From positions 955-64,954 of the forward strand of contig JAZPXN010000035.1 of the NCBI GenBank assembly GCA_045543655.1: a stretch of DNA of 64,000 nt, read 5' to 3'. Of the stretch, positions 46,432-54,407 are shown one piece after another; positions within the stretch are counted from its first letter, which is position 1; every line of letters begins with the position of its first letter. Under the pieces are notes generated by a model. That model searched no databases. It was given only the letters and a program-made list of their open reading frames with translations, and was not told where the DNA came from. The position numbers were made by a program, and so were the translations under genes. The stretch is from Eubacteriales bacterium. GTDB taxonomy: Bacteria > Bacillota > Clostridia > Oscillospirales > UBA644.

Positions 46432-49068
46432 TTACTGATTTGCGGGAAGCGCGTAGGCAACGATCATCCCGTTGGCGATGACCGCAATGCCGTCCACCAG
46501 GGTATCCTTCGTCATATCGGTGAAAACGTAATACATTTCATCCGACGGACGGTCGATGGTGGCGATGGGTTCCACGGCATCCTCGTCGTAGGGGCTTAGG
46601 ACCTGAATCTTCAGACTGTTGTCCTGCACGTATTCCGCCACCTTTGCGGGATGATCGAACCGGTTGCGAAGATTAAACTGCACGGGAGTGATCTCGCCGC
46701 GGTACCAGACCTGGCCGTGGCAAAGAATACTGCCCCCGTCCCCGGCCGAAATGGATACTCCGTTCTGGAGCGGAATGATCTTGGTCTTCATGGTGGGGAT
46801 CAGACGGAAGCGGTACTTGAATTTGTTATACTGATCCAGCGCGATGGGCTTAAAGGTTCCGATCTCGTGATAACGGTTTCCGCGGGTGCCGGAGTGGGTC
46901 AAGTCCCCGAGATACAGCGTGGCGTTTTTCAAAAACCTGGGCTTATTGACCGTCGTATAGACCTGGGCGACGGCATAGGCAAGAATCAACACCTCCAGAA
47001 GCAGCGGAAGCACCACGTTCAAAAGGAGATACGGAACGCTTTCCTGCCGGACGTCGAGGACGTTTTCGGCGGTGCCGTAGGGATGCTGAAGCGTGACGGT
47101 AACGTCGTCCCCTTCCAGAAGGAAGAAGTACTGGAACCAATGCCAGAGCCAATTGACGCCCTTCAGCCCGTAATCCTTCTCGGAGTAGGGAGTGACGGTG
47201 ATCACGCCGTCGTTGGCGACGGAAACGTCGTATTTCAGATCCTCGTGGGATTCGTTGAACAGAACGGAAATCCCCTGCTCCACGTCGGCCTTCAGCAGCT
47301 GCTTGCCGTCCTTGGTGACGTAAAAGGAAACGCCCTTGGTATTTCCGTGAAGCTCGGTCTTTTTGACGCTCTCGTTATGATCCACGGGGATCACGTCGAA
47401 ATCAGCCAGAAGCACCGTATAGGTCTCGGTCGCGGAAATATTGCCGTTAACGGTGCAGGTCACGTCCACGTTATAGCTGTCCACGGTGCCTGCGGGAGCA
47501 ACGCCGGCGTTGGGCAGATAGACGATCCGACCGTCGGCGTCCACGGAGGTCACGCCGCTGTTGCCGTTCAGGGAAACGTTCACCTGGGGATTCAGCGCCT
47601 TGACGGCTTCGGGATCGGTCATCTCCACGCCGTCGGCAAAAACGGTGAAGCGGATCGACAGATCCTTGTTGGACGGAAGATCGCTCAGGCTGACGCTCTT
47701 CACGGCGCCGCCGAAGGAGGGAACCAGCGTATAGACGACCCTGCGCTCGGTGGGGGTAAATTTTTCGGAATATTCGATGGGATGGAATCCGTCGATGATG
47801 ACGGCGGCGGTGATCTTGGTCTCGATGTTTTTCAGCTCGTAATCCTTGAGCTCCATCTCTTTTCCGTCCTCGGTGCGGACGACCTTACCGTCCTCCGTAA
47901 CGGAGACCTCAAACCGGGTTCCGGGAGGAAGCAGGGAGGGATCGACCTCCACCTCCGTTCCCATTTCGTAGATCTTACAGGAAACGGTGACCTTATCCCC
48001 TTCGGCAACGTCGTCGAGCTGTGCGGGATCGGAGATCTCCACCCCGTTGACGGCAATCACCATCCGGGTCTCAAGGGCAGGCTCGAACAGGATGACCAGG
48101 TCCTTCAGGTCCACGTCGCGGTCGAAGGTGATCTTATAGGTGCCGGCACCGATGATATTTTTGGAATCCCCCAACAGGAACGCGCCGCCTACCAGATCCC
48201 GATGACCGGGATACCGGAGCGAAACGCTGCGGCTGACGGGAATGCCGATCTCGCTGCTGTAGACCGCCTTTGAGATCTTCGCCTCGGACTTCTGAGACAG
48301 AACGGCGATATTCAGCAAGGGGATGGTGGAAGAGACCTGAACGGTCTTTCCGTCAATCTGCTTGACGTCTCCGGTCCCGAGCCGGGTGCGGCCGGAGATC
48401 TTGTCGGCCATTTCGGACATAGCGCCGATAATCCCGGAGGCGTTGGAGGCGGAGTAAGTATAAATTCCCTTCGCCGCGTCTTCCTTGGGCGATACCACGT
48501 CCCCGATCCCGAGGAAGGTGATCTGGGCGTTACTGCCGTTGGGCATCTTGGCGGAAACGTACTCCTCGAATTTCTCGTTTAAAAATTTTTCCGCTCGGGA
48601 AACGGTCATACCGTACATTTCGTTAAAGCTGCCGTCGGTGATAACCACCAGCCAGTACTGGGTATTGGGGTTCGTATCCTTCACGTCGGTCAACTTCTTG
48701 AAGGCGGTCTCCACCGAATCGTAGGGCGTGGAGGCGGCGTCGTCGTGATCGCGGATGGAATCCACGGATCCCTGAATGCCGCCGGAGGACAGATCCAACT
48801 CCTTCGGATCTCCCCGCCGTCCGTTGTCACATTCGGACATATAGGTGATAAACAACTGATCGTCGCTGTTCAGCAACCCGGCGAAGGCCTGGGTGGCGTA
48901 ATTGGCGTAAGCCCAGCGGTCGCCCCCGTTCATACTCGTAGAATCGTCGTATACCAGAGAAACAACCTTCCGGATATACATCGACTCGGCGGAGGCAAAG
49001 ACGGGCAGGCTCACAACCACCGCCGCCGTCAGCACCAGCGCAAAAACGGAGAACAGTATTTTCTTCAT
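46432..49068 (-). CDS. Secreted vWA-domain protein with beta-rich ectodomain, single TM anchor and about 170-aa cytoplasmic tail (878 aa)
   Basis: Signal peptide MKKILFSVFALVLTAAVVVSLPVFASA. MIDAS motif VVSLVYDDSTSM (DDSTS = 48934..48948) ... WLVVITDGSF. TM VPYLLLNVVLPLLLEVLILAYAVAQVY (about aa 678-704). GGGAGG RBS. Confidence 0.85.
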   Translation of the reverse strand: MKKILFSVFALVLTAAVVVSLPVFASAESMYIRKVVSLVYDDSTSMNGGDRWAYANYATQAFAGLLNSDDQLFITYMSECDNGRRGDPKELDLSSGGIQGSVDSIRDHDDAASTPYDSVETAFKKLTDVKDTNPNTQYWLVVITDGSFNEMYGMTVSRAEKFLNEKFEEYVSAKMPNGSNAQITFLGIGDVVSPKEDAAKGIYTYSASNASGIIGAMSEMADKISGRTRLGTGDVKQIDGKTVQVSSTIPLLNIAVLSQKSEAKISKAVYSSEIGIPVSRSVSLRYPGHRDLVGGAFLLGDSKNIIGAGTYKITFDRDVDLKDLVILFEPALETRMVIAVNGVEISDPAQLDDVAEGDKVTVSCKIYEMGTEVEVDPSLLPPGTRFEVSVTEDGKVVRTEDGKEMELKDYELKNIETKITAAVIIDGFHPIEYSEKFTPTERRVVYTLVPSFGGAVKSVSLSDLPSNKDLSIRFTVFADGVEMTDPEAVKALNPQVNVSLNGNSGVTSVDADGRIVYLPNAGVAPAGTVDSYNVDVTCTVNGNISATETYTVLLADFDVIPVDHNESVKKTELHGNTKGVSFYVTKDGKQLLKADVEQGISVLFNESHEDLKYDVSVANDGVITVTPYSEKDYGLKGVNWLWHWFQYFFLLEGDDVTVTLQHPYGTAENVLDVRQESVPYLLLNVVLPLLLEVLILAYAVAQVYTTVNKPRFLKNATLYLGDLTHSGTRGNRYHEIGTFKPIALDQYNKFKYRFRLIPTMKTKIIPLQNGVSISAGDGGSILCHGQVWYRGEITPVQFNLRNRFDHPAKVAEYVQDNSLKIQVLSPYDEDAVEPIATIDRPSDEMYYVFTDMTKDTLVDGIAVIANGMIVAYALPANQ

Positions 49069-49107
49069 GCGTTATCCTCCCAATTTCGGAAACACTTATA
49101 ATTATAT

Positions 49108-49136
49108 ATTATACTACAAAATATTATATTTGTCAA
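49108..49136 (-). promoter_or_regulatory. Consensus sigma-A promoter of the four-gene operon
   Basis: Minus strand: TTGACA (49131..49136), 17-nt spacer, TATAAT (49108..49113). It sits in a strongly AT-rich 200-nt intergenic region, about 40 nt upstream of ATG 49068. Confidence 0.6.
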
Positions 49137-49276
49137 TATTTTTTCGTTTCTTTTCGCAGAGGGGCCACCAAAAAATCGACGGAATTTTTGTGCATACTGA
49201 CATAATAAACAGCCGCGCGAGGGGAATTTCGCACGGCTGGCAGGGAAAAGTTGTTAAATTATTGTAAAATCCCGGC

Positions 49277-49810
49277 TTATTTGCAAAAGCATTCAATATA
49301 ATTGTCGAGAGCGCCCTGAATGACCTTGACGGCGTCGTCGCGGCCGTGAACCTCGCCGGCGACGGTCTCTTTGTCCTCGAGGGCCTTGTAGACCTTGAAG
49401 AAATGACGCATTTCGTCAAAAATATGAGCGGGCAGCTCACTGATGTCCCGGTAGGCGTTGTAGGTGGGGTCGGCAAAGGGAATGGCGATGATCTTTTCGT
49501 CGTTCCGGCCACCGTCGAGCATGGAAATATAGCCGATGGGGAAGCAGCGGACGAGGGTAAGAGGCTCCAGAGACTCGGAGCAGAGAATCAGCACGTCAAG
49601 GGGGTCTCCGTCGTCGCCGAAGGACCGGGGAATAAAGCCGTAATTGGCGGGATAGTGGGTGGAGGTATAGAGAACCCGGTCCAGCATGATCAGGCCGGTT
49701 TCCTTGTCAAGCTCGTATTTTTTCTTGCTCCCCTTGGAGATTTCCACCACCGCAACGAAATCCTCGGGGGTGATGCGCTTCGGGTCGATATCGTGCCAGA
49801 TATTTTTCAT
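49277..49810 (-). CDS. ppa: Inorganic pyrophosphatase (family I)
   Basis: Trimmed to ATG 49810 (MKNIWHDIDPKRI...VVEISKGSKKKYELDKETG...YPANYGFIP...DGDPLDVL...). Confidence 0.95.
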   Translation of the reverse strand: MKNIWHDIDPKRITPEDFVAVVEISKGSKKKYELDKETGLIMLDRVLYTSTHYPANYGFIPRSFGDDGDPLDVLILCSESLEPLTLVRCFPIGYISMLDGGRNDEKIIAIPFADPTYNAYRDISELPAHIFDEMRHFFKVYKALEDKETVAGEVHGRDDAVKVIQGALDNYIECFCK

Positions 49811-49899
49811 GATCCGTTCCTTTCCGTAAAAAATCATAAGACAAAAAAGAAAAAATAACCGGAAGGCGAAGCGTCTTCCGGTTATAGGTTGAATTCAAA

Positions 49900-50175
49900 T
49901 TACTTCTGGCTGCGGAAGCAATCGCTGCAGTAGACCGGACGGTCATCGTGGGGTTCGAAAGGAACCTTGCATTCTTTGCCGCAAGCAGCGCAAACGGCAT
50001 CATACATCTGACGCTCGGTGTTTTCGCCACGGGCATTTTTGCGAGCCTGACGGCAGGCTTTACAACGCTGGGGCTCGTTGGTGAAGCCCTTTTCGGCGTA
50101 AAATTCCTGCTCACCGGCAGTGAAAGTGAATTCCTGTCCGCAATCCTTGCAGACCAAAGTCTTGTCTTCGTACAT
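49900..50175 (-). CDS. Zinc-ribbon domain protein (two CxxC...CxxC pairs)
   Basis: MYEDKTLVCKDCGQEFTFTAGEQEFYAEKGF.NEPQRCKACR...CAACGKECKVPFEP..DRPVYCSDCF. ATG 50175 is preferred (AGAGG upstream) over 50196. Confidence 0.75.
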   Translation of the reverse strand: MYEDKTLVCKDCGQEFTFTAGEQEFYAEKGFTNEPQRCKACRQARKNARGENTERQMYDAVCAACGKECKVPFEPHDDRPVYCSDCFRSQK

Positions 50176-50358
50176 TGGGATAAACCTCTTTTCCATATTC
50201 CGCAGCGGCAGAGCGTCGCCACACTGGACTCATTATATACGATTTCCATAAAAAAGTCAATACTTTCCACATTTTTGAAACATTTTGGAATTCATTTTCG
50301 TCTGTTTAACCGTATTTTCAAATTAAAACTCCGTTGCGTTTGTGTATTTTAACCACCT

Positions 50359-51225
50359 TCATTTTTCCCCGAAAACCCGCGCCATCACCGCTTCGGTAGT
50401 CTGTCCCGCAGGGCGGTTAAAGCGGCCGAGAGAATAGAGATCCTCCGGGCGGCCGGGCGAAAGGTAATTGACCCTTTCGTTACAGGTCAATGCGGCGGAA
50501 AAACCCAGGGATTGCAAGACGAAAACCGCCTCCTCGCTGACGGCGCCGTAGGGGTAAGCGAAGACGGTGGGAGTAACGCCGGATTTTTCGGTCAGGACGG
50601 TCTGCAGCTTGCTCAGGTCGTTAGACAGCGTGGCGGAATAAGCGGCCACCGATTCCCCGGCCAGCTTCATGCACCCCCGCCGCTCCCCGTAGGTGTGCAT
50701 GTCGTAGGTATGGTTTCCGATTTCAAAGAAGCCGGATTTTGCCAGATCCGAAACGTCGCTCCAGGTGAGATAGGCGTAAGAAGGATCGGGGTCGGAATGG
50801 GTGGAATAGGTCTCACAGAAGCTGCCCACCACGTTGACCACGGCCTTCATACCGTATTTCTGCAGGATCGGCAGAACGTAGGTGCGGTTATTGAGAAATC
50901 CGTCGTCCAGCGTGATGACCACGGGCTTTCGGGGAAGGGCGGTCTTGTGCAGCACGAAATGGACGAGATCCGACACGAACACCGCCGTATAACCGTGATC
51001 GGAAAGCCATTTCATATCCTCCTCGAAGGCCTCGGGGGTAAGAATATATTGGGATTGGACCCGGTCGTTATATCCAACGCTGTGATACATCAGAATCGGC
51101 ACGGCAATTCCCCGGGAGACCGCCGCGGCACCCCGCACCCACAGCGCCGACAGCAGCACCGCCAGCGCCACGATCCCTCCGGTCACCGCAAGAACCCCCT
51201 TCCGGCCGCTTACCACGATTCGCAT
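50359..51225 (-). CDS. Polysaccharide deacetylase (CE4) with N-terminal membrane anchor
   Basis: ...VPILMYHSV...VVITLDDGF...FAYPYG... Confidence 0.85.
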   Translation of the reverse strand: MRIVVSGRKGVLAVTGGIVALAVLLSALWVRGAAAVSRGIAVPILMYHSVGYNDRVQSQYILTPEAFEEDMKWLSDHGYTAVFVSDLVHFVLHKTALPRKPVVITLDDGFLNNRTYVLPILQKYGMKAVVNVVGSFCETYSTHSDPDPSYAYLTWSDVSDLAKSGFFEIGNHTYDMHTYGERRGCMKLAGESVAAYSATLSNDLSKLQTVLTEKSGVTPTVFAYPYGAVSEEAVFVLQSLGFSAALTCNERVNYLSPGRPEDLYSLGRFNRPAGQTTEAVMARVFGEK

Positions 51226-51371
51226 ACCATCGCCCCTTTCCGTTCATTGTATGCGAAGGATGGGGAAAGAATGAGGGGAGGGAGAAAAACGATGTGCTTT
51301 CTTTTTTCAGGAGAAAAAAGAAAGCACCAAAGAAAAAAGCCGAGGCCGGCGCAATTCTTGCGCCGGAAAAC

Positions 51372-51398
51372 AAAAAAACCCGGCGGAAATACCGCCGG
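51372..51398 (-). terminator. Rho-independent terminator, first of three stacked hairpins
   Basis: ccggcgg-N5-ccgccgg followed on the minus strand by GTTTTTTTGTTTT. Further hairpins lie at 51346..51366 (with a T-run) and 51294..51327 (14-bp perfect stem). Confidence 0.6.
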
Positions 51399-51415
51399 AA
51401 ACCTCATAAAACATT

Positions 51416-51979
51416 CTACGCTCGAAATGTTGTATCGCACCAAGGACAGTCTACAGTTTTCCCCTTCATTCTGTTTGGGAAAGAGCACGTCTTTCCACAA
51501 CTGGGACAAACAACGTCAAACAGAGGGTCTTCCATTAAGACAGTAGACCCCTCAACATCCTCAGGTATATCAGAAAAACCTTTCACAGACACATTCTTTT
51601 TTTCACTATGCTGATTTCTCTCATTGGTAGAATCCGTATTGGACACCTTCCGAGGCACGTTAGACGGATTCGCTTTTTCGGCCACTTTCGACAGCGCCGC
51701 ATTACTATAGTGGTATGCCGCTTCCACCTTTTGGGCTTCTCCCAAAACAAAGAGATGAAGAACATATGCACTTGCAAACTCCACAAAGCCACCCCCCAAA
51801 ACGATAAACGGGACATATACCAGCCCGTCGTCCATCACTTCGGTGGCAAGAAGAATAAAAAGAACTGGAACTGCAGCCAATGCCAATATCAAAATCCCAA
51901 GGCCGAAGAAATAAATTCCCCGCCCCAAAGATTCTATTTTTTGACTCACTTCATATCCGTTTGCCGGAGAACGAAACAT
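51416..51979 (-). CDS. Small membrane protein with C-terminal zinc ribbon (187 aa), low-GC gene
   Basis: Trimmed to ATG 51979 (MFRSPANGYEV...), with AGGAGG 8 nt upstream. Two TM helices. C-terminus ...VVCPSCGKTCSF...VDCPWCDTTFRA. This is the only called gene ending in TAG. Local GC is visibly lower (about 42-45% by eye). Confidence 0.7.
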   Translation of the reverse strand: MFRSPANGYEVSQKIESLGRGIYFFGLGILILALAAVPVLFILLATEVMDDGLVYVPFIVLGGGFVEFASAYVLHLFVLGEAQKVEAAYHYSNAALSKVAEKANPSNVPRKVSNTDSTNERNQHSEKKNVSVKGFSDIPEDVEGSTVLMEDPLFDVVCPSCGKTCSFPNRMKGKTVDCPWCDTTFRA

Positions 51980-52000
51980 AACCATACCTCCTTTTTTTCC

Positions 52001-52029
52001 ATTATACCACATAAATCACCTAAATTCAA
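52001..52029 (-). promoter_or_regulatory. Sigma-A-type promoter for 51979<-
   Basis: Minus strand: TTGAAT, 17-nt spacer, TGgTATAAT. Confidence 0.5.
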
Positions 52030-52089
52030 TATGCTGTGTGCATAATTTTAAGTTTATCCACATCTCACGCCGGCCATGGCTTTCTTTTT

Positions 52090-52133
52090 GGTTCTTTTTC
52101 CTTCTCCCGAAAGAAAAAGAACACCGTCCCCGC
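52090..52133. repeat. Hairpin repeat element, copy 2
   Basis: ggttctttttcc-loop-gaaaaagaac followed by accgtccccg. Compare 2733..2776. Confidence 0.6.
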
Positions 52134-52140
52134 TTCCTTC

Positions 52141-52169
52141 TTGACATTCTCTCCGAAAAGTGGTATACT
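52141..52169 (+). promoter_or_regulatory. Sigma-A-type promoter for the DUF3737 gene
   Basis: TTGACA, 17-nt spacer, TGgTATACT. Its position implies a TSS near 52176, so the track start at 52160 cannot be used. Confidence 0.55.
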
Positions 52170-52204
52170 GTAGGAAAATCACGAATAAAGTCGAGGAATT
52201 TATT

Positions 52205-53047
52205 TTGACCATCATTTCCCATCAGACCATGGACGAAGAACGGGCGCTGTACGCCCTGAAGGACGCAACGGTGGAGCATTGCGTATTCGCCGGCCCCGCC
52301 GACGGGGAATCTGCCCTGAAGGAAGCGAAAAACGTGGCGGTATCCCATTGCCGGTTCTCCCTGCGGTACCCCTTCTGGCACACGGAAAATTTCACGGCGG
52401 AGCATATCACAATGGACGAAAACGTCCGGGCCTCCCTGTGGTACGCAAAAGGAGGCAAGATCTCCCACAGCGACCTGCACGGCACGAAAGCCCTGCGGGA
52501 ATGCGAGGATATGTCCTTCTTCATCTGCGATATCGTCTCCGACGAATTCGGCTGGCGCTGCCGGGGCCTGGAAATGGAATATTGTGACGTTACCTCCCAG
52601 TATTTTCTCTTCGAAACCAAAGACGGACGGCTGAACGACGTCTCCCTGAAGGGGAAATATTCCTTCCAGTATACCGAAAATATGACGGTGGAAAACTGCG
52701 ATCTCGACACGAAAGACGCCTTCTGGCACAGCAAGAACGTCACCGTCAAAAACAGCACCGTCCGGGGCGAATATCTGGGCTGGTATTCGGAAGGGCTGAC
52801 CCTGATCAACTGCAAGATCCTCGGCACCCAACCCCTTTGCTACTGCAAAAATCTGACTCTCGTGGACTGCACCATGGAGGGCACCGACCTGGCCTTCGAA
52901 TACTCCGAGGTCAACGCCACGGTATCCGGGAAGATCGATTCGGTGAAAAACCCCGCCTCCGGCAAAATCGTGACCGACGGCATCGGCGAGATCATCCTGG
53001 AAAATTCGGTCATGGAGACCAATTGCGAAATCATCGTAAATTCCTAA
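52205..53047 (+). CDS. DUF3737-family protein (right-handed beta-helix repeats)
   Basis: Repetitive ...NV.V..C.F... pattern (HCVFAG, SHCRFS, EYCDVT, ENCDLD, KNSTVRG, INCKILG, VDCTMEG). Start is uncertain: TTG 52205 (GAGGAA upstream) or ATG 52229. Confidence 0.75.
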   Translation: MTIISHQTMDEERALYALKDATVEHCVFAGPADGESALKEAKNVAVSHCRFSLRYPFWHTENFTAEHITMDENVRASLWYAKGGKISHSDLHGTKALRECEDMSFFICDIVSDEFGWRCRGLEMEYCDVTSQYFLFETKDGRLNDVSLKGKYSFQYTENMTVENCDLDTKDAFWHSKNVTVKNSTVRGEYLGWYSEGLTLINCKILGTQPLCYCKNLTLVDCTMEGTDLAFEYSEVNATVSGKIDSVKNPASGKIVTDGIGEIILENSVMETNCEIIVNS

Positions 53048-53067
53048 ACCGTATCGATTAAAAAAAC

Positions 53068-53098
53068 AACCGCTCCGACAAGCACTGCCGGGGCGGTT
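53068..53098 (+). terminator. Rho-independent terminator
   Basis: aaccgctcc...ggggcggtt stem followed by TTTTTCTTGATTTT. Confidence 0.65.
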
Positions 53099-53150
53099 TT
53101 TCTTGATTTTATCGCATTTTCAGCGGACGATCCGGTTAAAAAACGGCGGA

Positions 53151-53756
53151 TTACCGTTTCACACCGTCGAAGGCCGGGTTATACATATAAAAATTCTTGC
53201 AGTTCAGTTTTTCCTGCACGAGGCGGGCGCATTCGGCGAAGCGTTGATAGTGGACGATCTCCCGCTCCCGGAGGAATTTGATGGGATCCCGCACGTCGGG
53301 GTCGTCGACGAGGCGCAGGATATTGTCGTAGGTCACCCGGGCCTTTTGCTCGGCACCGAGAGATTCGGCGATATCGGCCAGAACGTCCCCCTTCACGTTG
53401 AGCGTGGCGGCGGTGAAGGCTTCGCCGGAGGAGGCCTGGGGATAAACGCCGGTGGTATGCTCCACGAAATATTCCGAGAAGCCCTGCTTTTTCAATTCCT
53501 CTTCGCTGAGGCCCTTGGTCAGCTGATGGACGATGGTGCCCACCATTTCAAGATGGGAAAGCTCTTCGCTGCCCACGTCCGTGTATACGGCCTTCAGCTC
53601 GGGGTAGGGCATGGAATAGCGCTGGGACAGATACCGCATAGCCGCCCCCGCTTCCCCGGAAGGGCCGCCGTACTGGGCGATGATGAATTTGGCCATGGCG
53701 GCGTTGGGCGTCTTGATCTTCACGGGGTATTGCAATTTTTTCTCATAGACAAACAT
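53151..53756 (-). CDS. cotJC: Manganese catalase-family spore coat protein CotJC
   Basis: Trimmed to ATG 53756 (MFVYEKKLQYPVKIKTPN...AQYGGPSGEAGAAMRYLSQRY...EELSHLEMVG...). Confidence 0.9.
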   Translation of the reverse strand: MFVYEKKLQYPVKIKTPNAAMAKFIIAQYGGPSGEAGAAMRYLSQRYSMPYPELKAVYTDVGSEELSHLEMVGTIVHQLTKGLSEEELKKQGFSEYFVEHTTGVYPQASSGEAFTAATLNVKGDVLADIAESLGAEQKARVTYDNILRLVDDPDVRDPIKFLREREIVHYQRFAECARLVQEKLNCKNFYMYNPAFDGVKR

Positions 53757-53779
53757 AATTCTCAAATTCCTTTCCCATA

Positions 53780-54028
53780 TCAATCAAGGTCCCACGGCCA
53801 GGGATCGCAGATCCATTGCCAGCGGCTCCCGGAATTGGGGCAACGGTGGGTCAGCATCCCGTAGGATTCGTTGTATTTTTTCTTCAGCTCTTCTGCGGCG
53901 GCGGAATATTCCCGATGCGCCTTCAGGGCGCTTTCGCAATTGGGATGGGTGTCTAAAAACAGCGCCGTTTCGTGAGCGGCAAACTGTTGCTCGCTGAGGC
54001 GGCGAAGCAATTTTTCACGGTCGTTCAT
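53780..54028 (-). CDS. cotJB: Spore coat protein CotJB
   Basis: ...LSEQQFAAHETALFLDTHPN...WQWICDPWPWD... Confidence 0.9.
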   Translation of the reverse strand: MNDREKLLRRLSEQQFAAHETALFLDTHPNCESALKAHREYSAAAEELKKKYNESYGMLTHRCPNSGSRWQWICDPWPWDLD

Positions 54029-54282
54029 CTTGCACTCCCTCCCCGGAAGGGCAGATCCAGTTCGCAGAACAAGGTTCCGCGTTCCAGAGCTTTTTCCGGC
54101 GCATAAAGATTACGGAAAACCTGCATGGGGGCGTAGGTCATGCCCAAAGGCAGAGAATCTACCACGCTCAGATCGCAGGAGCATCCCCCGTCGGGCTTGG
54201 GCGGCTGAGGCTTGGGGAACAGAGCGGCGGATTCAACGGCGCCGTCGGTTTCCTCTTCGATATTGAAATAATCCGGGATCAT
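54025..54282 (-). CDS. cotJA: Spore coat-associated protein CotJA
   Basis: Only the last 85 aa of track ORF 54025..54606 (MIPDYF...LGMTYAPMQVFRNLYAPEKALERGTLFCELDLPF...). ATGA overlap with cotJB. Confidence 0.8.
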   Translation of the reverse strand: MIPDYFNIEEETDGAVESAALFPKPQPPKPDGGCSCDLSVVDSLPLGMTYAPMQVFRNLYAPEKALERGTLFCELDLPFRGGSAR

Positions 54283-54407
54283 TCTATCATTTCCTTTCGC
54301 AAGTTCCGGGCCGGGGATCGGCCCTCTTTCCAATCTATGAAAAGGATGTCGAAAGGGTGCAAAAGATCCGCAAAGGATTGCTCCCCTGCGGATCTGTTTT
54401 CTTTTAT

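Noticed and set aside
35086-49136. The tubulin-like operon as part of a prophage, plasmid-partition (TubZ-type) module or mobile defence island.
   Set aside because: There is no integrase, transposase, phage structural gene, tubR-like small DNA-binding gene, flanking direct repeat or tRNA. Base composition matches the flanks, and the neighbours are housekeeping genes (ppa, alpha-galactosidase). A defence role is still possible, but nothing in the window shows mobility.
53757-53783. TTG 53783 as the cotJC start (TTGA overlap with the cotJB stop).
   Set aside because: The product from ATG 53756 (MFVYEKKLQYPVK...) matches the canonical CotJC N-terminus, so the upstream 9 codons are not needed. 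Translational coupling via the TTG cannot be strictly excluded.
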